Of a stretch of 64,000 nucleotides of DNA, positions 57,136-64,000 are shown in pieces. The notes under the pieces were generated by a model, which was not told the origin of the DNA, made no database searches, and saw nothing but the letters and a program-made list of their open reading frames with translations. Source of the stretch: an uncultured Bacteroidia bacterium (GTDB lineage Bacteria; Bacteroidota; Bacteroidia; Bacteroidales; UBA932). Where the stretch lies: NCBI GenBank assembly GCA_902785065.1, contig CACZXH010000008.1:72-64071 (forward strand). The letters run 5' to 3'. Every line of letters begins with the position of its first letter. The first letter of the stretch is position 1. A program made the translations under genes and the position numbers.

Positions 57136-58820
57136 AAAGACTCGTTTATCTCCTCCTTCTGACCCTCGCGGCCTGCGGCCCCGCCAAGGACGTCGAAGTC
57201 GGCCCCTACACCGTCTCCGTCATCGGCAAGAACGTGTACCACATCCAGGATTACAACCACGAGAATCCGGCCGGCGAGACGTTCGACGCCGAAGGGAAAC
57301 TCACCCACTTCAACAACTGCTCGGACATCTATCTGATTGTAGGCCAGCAGGAAGCGCTCCTGATCGACCTGTCCAACCCCATCGACTGGGCCGACAACGC
57401 CGCGGAGTCGCTGCGGGCGCTGGTCGCCGAACGCGTGGCGGGTAAGCCGCTCACGATCGCGTTCACCCATAACCACGGCGACCACACGGGCATGCTGCCA
57501 GCCTTCCTGGAGGAGGACGTCCGTTTCGCGCTGCCGGAACGCGACTTCCGGCGCTTGGCAGAACGGTTCCCGGCGGACAAGTATCGCTTCATCAACGAGG
57601 GTGAGATCTTCGACCTGGGCGGTTATCAGGTGGAGGCCATCGCCGTTCCGGGCCATACGGACGGATCGACGGTCTATCTCCTGCAGGGCCAAGACCTGCT
57701 GTTCACGGGCGACGCCATCGGCTCCGGCCACGGGGTCTGGATCTTCAACGAGAACGGCTTCAACCAGTACGTGTCCGCGGTGCCGCACCTAATCGCGGCG
57801 CTGGAGGAACGCGGCGTGAACCCGGACAAGCTGCAGGTCTATGGTGGCCACTATTGGCAGAAGGACTGGCTCAAACTCCCGAAAGGCCGCGAGCTGGGGA
57901 TGGATTACATCTGCGACATGAAAGCAGTCGTGGACGAGATCGAGGCCGGCACGGCCGCGACGGAACCGTCGAACCTGGGCCGTCCGAACCTGGACACCTA
58001 CTTCCGCCACGGCCTGGCCATCGTGACCTGGAACGCCAAGGAGGCGGAACAGCACAGCCATCAATATCCGGAGACCTTCGTCTATCGTGATGCGGACATC
58101 GTTTTCCGCCAGATCGACGAACACACCTTGGAAGGCAACGGCCACCTCGTGTACAACGAGTCCGTCTATGTGGTCGAAGGCAATGACAAAGCCCTGGTGA
58201 TCGATGCGGGAACGTCCATGCCGCACCTGGACAAGGCCGTCGCGACCCTGACCGACAAGCCCCTCATGCTCGCGCTCACCCACGGCCATGGCGACCATGT
58301 GGGCGGGGCCATCTCCTTCCCGGAGGCCTGGATACACCCGGCCGATACGTCCATGATCAGCAGAGGCGCCCGCACGTATGGGATGAAAATCAACCTCCTG
58401 TCCGACGGCGAGGTCATCGACCTGGGAGGGCGGCAGATCGAGGTGCTCCACACCCCGGGCCATACCTCCGGCTCCGTCACTTTCTTCGACAAGGAGCATC
58501 ACTACGGCTTCAGCGGCGACGCCTTCGGTTCCACGAACCTGCTGCTCTTCGCCGGCCCGTTCAGCACGCTCATCGAGACCACGTCCCGCACGGCGGACTA
58601 CATGCAGAAGAACGGCATCGAGAAGCTCTATCCCGGCCATTATCACGGCGACAACTCGGAGACGCTCCAGCGCGTGCTGGACGAGAAGAAGATGTCGGAA
58701 GAGGTCCTGAAAGGAAAGCGGAAGGGCACCCAGGACCCGTCCGCCAGCAACGGCCTCAACAGTTACCTCTACGATTACGGCGTATATATCCGCTATAACG
58801 ACCCTGAAGCACTCAAATAA
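57132..58820 (+). CDS. Lipoprotein with two tandem metallo-beta-lactamase-fold domains
   Basis: Lipobox LAAC; THNHGDH..PGHT..GDA..GGH and THGHGDH..PGHT..GDA..PGH. Confidence 0.85.
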   Translation: MKRLVYLLLLTLAACGPAKDVEVGPYTVSVIGKNVYHIQDYNHENPAGETFDAEGKLTHFNNCSDIYLIVGQQEALLIDLSNPIDWADNAAESLRALVAERVAGKPLTIAFTHNHGDHTGMLPAFLEEDVRFALPERDFRRLAERFPADKYRFINEGEIFDLGGYQVEAIAVPGHTDGSTVYLLQGQDLLFTGDAIGSGHGVWIFNENGFNQYVSAVPHLIAALEERGVNPDKLQVYGGHYWQKDWLKLPKGRELGMDYICDMKAVVDEIEAGTAATEPSNLGRPNLDTYFRHGLAIVTWNAKEAEQHSHQYPETFVYRDADIVFRQIDEHTLEGNGHLVYNESVYVVEGNDKALVIDAGTSMPHLDKAVATLTDKPLMLALTHGHGDHVGGAISFPEAWIHPADTSMISRGARTYGMKINLLSDGEVIDLGGRQIEVLHTPGHTSGSVTFFDKEHHYGFSGDAFGSTNLLLFAGPFSTLIETTSRTADYMQKNGIEKLYPGHYHGDNSETLQRVLDEKKMSEEVLKGKRKGTQDPSASNGLNSYLYDYGVYIRYNDPEALK

Positions 58821-58825
58821 CAGCC

Positions 58826-59611
58826 ATGGTTCCTACTGCAAATCTCATTGTGATGGTCGTGAACGCCCTCCTGGGCTTCGCTATCCCCGTTTTTCTTGTC
58901 TGGTGGGCGGTAAAAAAGCACCAAGCCAAGCTGTCCACGATCTTCATCGGCGCCGGCACCTTCGTCGTCTTCGCGCTGGTGCTGGAGTCGATCGTACACC
59001 AAATCGTTCTCAAGGGCCCGAGCGGGGCGGCCATCCAGGGAAAAACCCTGTACTACGCCCTCTACGGCGGCTTGATGGCCGGCCTCTTCGAGGAGACGGG
59101 GCGCTTCCTGGCCATGAAGTTCCTCCTCAAGAAGGAACCCACGGAGACCAAGCCGAGCGTCGCCTACGGCCTCGGCCACGGCGGCGTGGAAATGGCCATC
59201 ATCTTCGGCCTGTCGATGATTTCCACCCTCACGATGGCCATCATGGTCAACCTCGGGCAGACGGACACCCTGCTTTCCACAGTGCCCGCGGAAGCAAAAG
59301 ATCAGATGACGGCCACCTTCGAGCAGCTCAAGACCACCGGCGCAGGCACCTACCTCCTCGGTCTCTGGGAGCGGTTCTCCGCGATTACCCTGCAAGTGGC
59401 CCTCTCCATTCTCGTCTGGGCGGCCGTCCGGAAGGGCGGGAAGTGGCTCTGGCTCTTCCCCGCCGCCATCCTGCTGCACGCCCTAGTGGACGGCCTGGCC
59501 GTCATCCTGTCCAAGTCCGCCGGCCTGGTTACGGTGGAGATCATCGTCATGGCGCTGGCCATCGCCGTCGCCGCCCTCGCCTGGCTCGTCGCGAGGAAAG
59601 CGTTCAAATGA
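58826..59611 (+). CDS. YhfC-family (PrsW-like) intramembrane glutamic/metalloprotease
   Basis: AGLFEETGR, YGLGHGGVE, ER, AILLHALVD; multiple TM helices. Confidence 0.82.
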   Translation: MVPTANLIVMVVNALLGFAIPVFLVWWAVKKHQAKLSTIFIGAGTFVVFALVLESIVHQIVLKGPSGAAIQGKTLYYALYGGLMAGLFEETGRFLAMKFLLKKEPTETKPSVAYGLGHGGVEMAIIFGLSMISTLTMAIMVNLGQTDTLLSTVPAEAKDQMTATFEQLKTTGAGTYLLGLWERFSAITLQVALSILVWAAVRKGGKWLWLFPAAILLHALVDGLAVILSKSAGLVTVEIIVMALAIAVAALAWLVARKAFK

Positions 59612-60893
59612 TCTTCTCGAACGCCTGCGAGAGGTCGGCGATGAGGTCGTCCACGTGCTCCGTGCCGATGGACAGGCGGATCGTGCTCTGGTAAATGCCC
59701 TGGTCCGTGAGTTCCGCTTCCGTGAGCTGCGAGTGTGTGGTGGTCGCGGGGTGGATGACGAGGGATTTCACATCGGCCACATTGGCGAGGAGGGAGAAGA
59801 TTTCCAGCGAGTCAATGAACTTGAAGGCTTCGTCCTTGCCGCCCTTGATCTCGAAGGTGAAGATGGAACCGCCGCCGTTCGGGAAGTACTTCTGGTACGT
59901 CGCGTGGTCGGGATGGTCCGGCAGGGACGGGTGATTGACCTTGGCTACCTGCGGGTGCTTGGACAGGAAGTCCACGATTTTCAGTGCGTTGGCCACGTGC
60001 CGCTCGACCCGCAGGGAGAGCGTTTCCAGGCCCTGCAGGAAGATGAAGCAGCTCACCGGGGAGAGCGTGGCGCCAGTGTCCCGGAGCAGGATGGCGCGGG
60101 CGCGGGTGATGTAGGCGGCGGGGCCGACGGCATCGGCAAAAACAATCCCATGGTAGCTGTTCTCCGGCTCGGTAAACTGCGGGAACTTGCCGGATGCCTT
60201 CCAGTCGAACTTCCCGGAATCCACGATGACACCGCCGATGGTGGTGCCGTGGCCGCCGATGAACTTCGTGGCGGAATGGACCACGATGTCCGCGCCCAGC
60301 TCGATGGGCCGGAGCAGGAACGGGGTTGCAAAGGTGTTGTCCACCACGAGCGGAATCCGGTGCCGATGGGCGATGGCCGCCACCTTCTCGATGTCAATGA
60401 CGTTGCCGTTGGGATTGCCGAAGGTCTCGATGAACAGGAGTTTCGTCTCCGGACGGATGGCTTTCTCGAAGTTATCCAGGTCGGCCGGGTCCACGAAGGT
60501 GGTCGAGATGCCGTAGGGGACGAGCGTGTGCTGCAGGAGGTCGTAGGTGCCGCCGTAGATGGTCTTGGCCGCCACGACATGGTCGCCTGCACGGGTGATG
60601 TTCAGGATTGCGTAGGTGATGGCAGCGGCGCCGGAGGCCACGGCCAGCGCGCCCACGCCGCCTTCCAGCGCGGCGATGCGCTGCTCCAGGATGTCCTGGG
60701 TGGTGTTCGTCAGGCGGCTGTAAATGTTGCCGGGATCCGCCAGGCCGAACCGCGCGGCAGCGTGCGCGCTGTTATGGAAGACATAGGAGGATGTCTGGTA
60801 AATCGGAACCGCGCGGGCGTCGGATGCGGGATCGGCGTGCTCCTGACCCACGTGGAGCTGAAGAGTTTCGAAGTGGAGTTTCTGCGTTGCCAT
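59604..60893 (-). CDS. metY: O-acetylhomoserine aminocarboxypropyltransferase (sulfhydrylase), PLP-dependent
   Basis: AVPIYQTSSY, IYSRLTN, HSATKFIGGHG PLP-lysine motif, LANVADVKSLVIHPA.TTH, IRLSIG.E. Confidence 0.93.
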   Translation of the reverse strand: MATQKLHFETLQLHVGQEHADPASDARAVPIYQTSSYVFHNSAHAAARFGLADPGNIYSRLTNTTQDILEQRIAALEGGVGALAVASGAAAITYAILNITRAGDHVVAAKTIYGGTYDLLQHTLVPYGISTTFVDPADLDNFEKAIRPETKLLFIETFGNPNGNVIDIEKVAAIAHRHRIPLVVDNTFATPFLLRPIELGADIVVHSATKFIGGHGTTIGGVIVDSGKFDWKASGKFPQFTEPENSYHGIVFADAVGPAAYITRARAILLRDTGATLSPVSCFIFLQGLETLSLRVERHVANALKIVDFLSKHPQVAKVNHPSLPDHPDHATYQKYFPNGGGSIFTFEIKGGKDEAFKFIDSLEIFSLLANVADVKSLVIHPATTTHSQLTEAELTDQGIYQSTIRLSIGTEHVDDLIADLSQAFEKII

Positions 60894-60952
60894 AATTCGT
60901 ATGTTTTTCTGCTTGCAAAGTTATGGCGACTGGCGTTTTCAAACAAGAAACT

Positions 60953-60973
60953 TGGAAAAATAGGTGTTTTCCA
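60953..60973. promoter_or_regulatory. Palindromic operator candidate between the divergent metY and lrp promoters
   Basis: TGGAAAA-N7-TTTTCCA lying between -7 boxes at 60916-60923 (minus, TAACTTTG) and 60975-60982 (plus, TAAATTTG). Confidence 0.5.
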
Positions 60974-61048
60974 CTAAATTTGCCATCGGCAGCAGGGGAA
61001 CAGTTCACATAGACTGCGACTACCGCCTGCCGCGCAGAAGAATCCACT

Positions 61049-61513
61049 ATGGCCGAAACCATCGACAAGACTGACATTCAGATCCTTCGCGTCCTCCAGG
61101 AGAACGCCCGCATCACCGTCAAGGACCTCGCCCTCAAGGTCCACCTCTCCCCGACCCCCGTCTTCGAACGCCTCCACCGGCTGGAGAACGAAGGCTACAT
61201 CCGTAAGTACACGGCCGTCCTGGATGCCGCCAAACTCGGCCGCGGCTTCCTCGTCTTCTGCAGCGTCCGCCTCCGCCGCATGGGCAAGGACATCGCCAAC
61301 GACTTCGTGAACCGGGTCAAGGACATTCCGGAAGTGGCCGAGTGTTACAACATCTCCGGCGACTTCGACTACCTCCTGAAGATCTACGCCCCCGACATGC
61401 AGTACTACAACAACTTCCTCATCAACACCCTCGGCACCATCGACAGCCTCGGCTCCGTCCAGAGCTCCTTCGTGATGAGCGAAATCAAGAACAGCTGCGG
61501 CCTGCCGCTGTAA
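61049..61513 (+). CDS. Lrp/AsnC family transcriptional regulator
   Basis: IDKTDIQILRVLQENAR..LS.TPVFERLHRLE..GYI HTH; ECYNISGDFDYLLKI. Confidence 0.93.
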   Translation: MAETIDKTDIQILRVLQENARITVKDLALKVHLSPTPVFERLHRLENEGYIRKYTAVLDAAKLGRGFLVFCSVRLRRMGKDIANDFVNRVKDIPEVAECYNISGDFDYLLKIYAPDMQYYNNFLINTLGTIDSLGSVQSSFVMSEIKNSCGLPL

Positions 61514-61563
61514 CGCGGAATTGGCACGAAAAATGCGTATCTTGCAACAGAAACCTTATCGTT

Positions 61564-61902
61564 ATGGCTATGCGCGAATTCCTGTATGATACCAAGCCCC
61601 TCCCCGAGGAGCCTGACGATCTCGTGGTCATCAATCCCACCCGAGTCAACGAACCGGACGGCGCCATCCTGGTGTACCGGAAAGAAGGCGTCCTGCTGTT
61701 CGACGGCAAGCAGATTCCCATCGGGAAGATTGTCGAGGGGTATGTCTCCAACAGCAACAACAATCCCTATCTGCCGGTCGCGTACCACATCCTGCTGGGC
61801 ATGGACGACAAGAACATTGTCCATATTCCCGTGGGGCAGGACTTCGAATGGGCCCAGGAGGCCTTGAAACAGTTGCAGGCGGCGATTGCGCCCCAGGAAT
61901 AG
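61564..61902 (+). CDS. Hypothetical cytoplasmic protein (~112 aa)
   Basis: In-frame ATGs at 61564/61570 after an AT-rich leader with a TATCTTG promoter-like box; GC3-biased codons; no motif recognised. Confidence 0.6.
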   Translation: MAMREFLYDTKPLPEEPDDLVVINPTRVNEPDGAILVYRKEGVLLFDGKQIPIGKIVEGYVSNSNNNPYLPVAYHILLGMDDKNIVHIPVGQDFEWAQEALKQLQAAIAPQE

Positions 61903-61911
61903 CCGGGCGGC

Positions 61912-63099
61912 CTACGGCTTGGGCTCGGCCGGATTGGCCGGGGCGGCCGGATTGATGGGCACGGTCGGGTCCACGACGAGGGACTCGACGAGCCGGGTCA
62001 GGGAATCCAGGCGGGCCTGGATATGGTCCAGCTGCGCTTCCTTCTCCGCCATTTCGCGATCCGTCTTGTCATAGATTTCCCGGATCATCTCGTTCATTTC
62101 CTCCCCGGTCATGCCCAGGGAGTGTTCCTTGATGACCAGCTGGTTGTCCTTGATCTTGTGGGCCCGGGCCGACGCGTAAAACGCGGTCTGAGCCTCAAAG
62201 GACAGGGGCTCGCCGGTCAGGGAGATCTCTACCTTCCGTCCATGGTCGTTGTAGATGCGCCAGTCGTAGATATAGGATTGGGAAACCAGCCGGTTTTCCC
62301 GGACGAAGGCTTCGACGTTCCGCTCGAAGTTGTTGTCCTTCACCATTGCGATGGCGGAAATGATGCTCGGGATAACGACGATGGCGATGATGGTGCTCAT
62401 CATATGCCGGCGCCTGGTGGCCAGGGCCGGGTCGATACCTGTCACCGTCTTGAAGCGCAGGTACTTAACCATTACATAGGTAGCCAGGGTAATGAAGACG
62501 GCGTTGATGATGAACAGGTACATCGCCCCGAGGAAGAAGTGCATGTTCAGGCAGGACAGGCCATAACCCGCGGTGCACAGGGGCGGCATCAGGGCCGTCG
62601 CGATGGCGACGCCCGCGATGGTGGTCCCGCGCTCCTTGCGGCTGTTCTCCAGGATCCCGGCCAGGCCGCCGAACAGGGCGATTAGGACGTCGTAGATCGT
62701 CGGACTCGTGCGGGCCTCCAGCTCAGTGGGATTGATCAGGTCCAGCGGGGAGAGGAGGAAGAACAGGGTCGATGCGCCCAGCGAAATGAGCACCATCACC
62801 AGGACGTTCTTGGCCGCCTCCTTGAGCAGGTCCACATCGTTGGTCCCAAGGGCCAGTCCCGTGCCGATGATCGGCCCCATCAGCGGGGAGATGAGCATCG
62901 CACCGATGATCACCGCCGTCGAGTTCACATTCAGGCCGACGGAAGCAATGATGATCGAGAACGCGAGGATCCAGGCGTTGGGGCCCCGGAACCAGATGGC
63001 GCTCTTGATACGCTGCGCCGCGTCGTCCGTGTCGATATGGTCGTAGATGTTCGCGTAATAGCGAATCGTCCGCTTCAGATAGTTCTTATCCCACTTCAT
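61912..63099 (-). CDS. DUF389 / TIGR00341-family membrane protein
   Basis: IASVGLNVNSTAVIIGAMLISPLMGPI, GVAIATALMPPLCTAG motifs. Confidence 0.88.
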   Translation of the reverse strand: MKWDKNYLKRTIRYYANIYDHIDTDDAAQRIKSAIWFRGPNAWILAFSIIIASVGLNVNSTAVIIGAMLISPLMGPIIGTGLALGTNDVDLLKEAAKNVLVMVLISLGASTLFFLLSPLDLINPTELEARTSPTIYDVLIALFGGLAGILENSRKERGTTIAGVAIATALMPPLCTAGYGLSCLNMHFFLGAMYLFIINAVFITLATYVMVKYLRFKTVTGIDPALATRRRHMMSTIIAIVVIPSIISAIAMVKDNNFERNVEAFVRENRLVSQSYIYDWRIYNDHGRKVEISLTGEPLSFEAQTAFYASARAHKIKDNQLVIKEHSLGMTGEEMNEMIREIYDKTDREMAEKEAQLDHIQARLDSLTRLVESLVVDPTVPINPAAPANPAEPKP

Positions 63100-63156
63100 A
63101 ACGTTCGCAAGATAAGGAATTTTCGGGGCACTTGCAAAGGCAGGCGCCCCGGTCCG

Positions 63157-63999
63157 TTACAGCACGGTGATGGAATAGAGGAAGCTGTATTTGTCGCCGG
63201 GGGCGATGCAATGGATGTAGGTCCGGTCGGCTATGTCGCCGGTGAAGCCTTTCTTGTCGCAGAGACCGTTCCAGGGTTCCAGGCACACGAACGGGCAGCC
63301 TGGCTTGTAGGGCGCCCAGATACCGTACGCCTCCGCCAGCGGGCTGTCCACGCGCAGGAACGCCACACCCTCCTTGTCGCAAAGCTCCGTGGCCGCCACC
63401 TGCATTTCCTCGATGATCAGGGCGTCATGCGCGAACGTCTCGTCCGTAACCGGCATTTCAGCCGGAAGGTGCAGCGGCTCCGTCCGAGGCACGCGGTTGC
63501 CGTCGTCCAGGTCGGAGACGATGACGGGACACACGGGCCGGCCGCAGGCGTCAAAGTAGCGGACGTAGCCATGGACGGCATCCGCCGGATCGTAATCCGG
63601 CAGCGAGAATGCGGGATGCGCGCCGATTTGGGCATACAGGTCGCGCTTGTCCAGGTTCACGACCGTCCAGGTGATGTCCACCCGGTTTCCGTCCAGCTTA
63701 TACTGCGCCTCCAGGGCGAAACGGTAGGGGTAGTTCTCCGGACGGACGTCCTTCATCACCAGCAGTCCTTCCCCGGCTTCCTCGAACTCGCAGTCGCGGG
63801 CGAAGCCGTGCTGCTTCATCGTAAACACCTGGCCGTCTATGCGGATCTCGTTGTTGAACGGCTTGCCCACGGCCGGGAAAAGGATGGGCGCGCGACGGTT
63901 CCAGAACGCCGCGTCGCCGCTCCACATATACTCCCGGCCTTTCCGGACCAGGCTCACCAGCTCCGCGCCATGCGGAGCGACTTCGATGGATAATACGTT
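63157..63999 (-). CDS. Aldose 1-epimerase family (LacX-like) protein, 5' end beyond the window
   Basis: Frame open to the window edge (NVLSIEVAPHGAEL), APILFP.VG, QHGFARD, GAHPAF, FVCLEPW. Confidence 0.88.
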   Translation of the reverse strand, partial: NVLSIEVAPHGAELVSLVRKGREYMWSGDAAFWNRRAPILFPAVGKPFNNEIRIDGQVFTMKQHGFARDCEFEEAGEGLLVMKDVRPENYPYRFALEAQYKLDGNRVDITWTVVNLDKRDLYAQIGAHPAFSLPDYDPADAVHGYVRYFDACGRPVCPVIVSDLDDGNRVPRTEPLHLPAEMPVTDETFAHDALIIEEMQVAATELCDKEGVAFLRVDSPLAEAYGIWAPYKPGCPFVCLEPWNGLCDKKGFTGDIADRTYIHCIAPGDKYSFLYSITVL

Positions 64000-64000
64000 G

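Noticed and set aside
57132-58820. Antibiotic-resistance metallo-beta-lactamase
   Set aside because: HxHxDH alone is shared by the whole superfamily. There is no B1-type Cys ligand, and the context is metabolic.
60894-61048. SAM or other riboswitch upstream of metY
   Set aside because: The -7 box lies only ~22 nt from the ATG, and no riboswitch consensus was seen.
1-64000. CRISPR arrays, rRNA/tRNA genes, IS elements, integrases, prophage and defence genes
   Set aside because: No spaced direct-repeat array, RNA-gene signature or mobility/defence protein motif was recognised. Intergenic gaps are almost all under 160 nt.

Overview
A 64 kb, GC-rich, very gene-dense chromosomal segment of a Bacteroidota (Bacteroidales) bacterium. 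The assignment rests on SusC/SusD pairs, a hybrid two-component system and many TAnnTTTG -7 promoter boxes. No rRNA, tRNA, CRISPR array, transposase, integrase or phage gene was recognised. Layout: (i) 46-15065, a YiiX-type amidase plus PUL1 (two carboxylesterases, GH3, GH43, SusD, a frameshifted SusC, and a divergent periplasmic-sensor/AraC regulator with no kinase or receiver domain); (ii) 15700-41877, PUL2 (HTCS, two DUF4832-like putative glycanases, SusC/D/E, GH3-PA14, a secreted FAD oxidoreductase, a GH36-like enzyme, a GH2 beta-glucuronidase-GH3 fusion and a GH2); (iii) 41963-44741, a phosphate module whose Na+/Pi symporter-PhoU protein is fused in frame to an OmpR/PhoB winged-helix DNA-binding domain, next to a class A acid phosphatase. 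This is the best candidate for an undescribed system (a transporter that is also a transcription factor); (iv) 44810-64000, housekeeping and orphan CAZyme genes (DUF4421, CDF, CcsBA, GH127/146, GH95, broken trkH, Cys-less OxyR-like LysR, GH43, tandem-MBL protein, YhfC, metY/Lrp, DUF389, aldose epimerase). Several genes show short internal lesions that may be real decay or assembly errors. All family calls come from motif recognition by eye; no database search was run.
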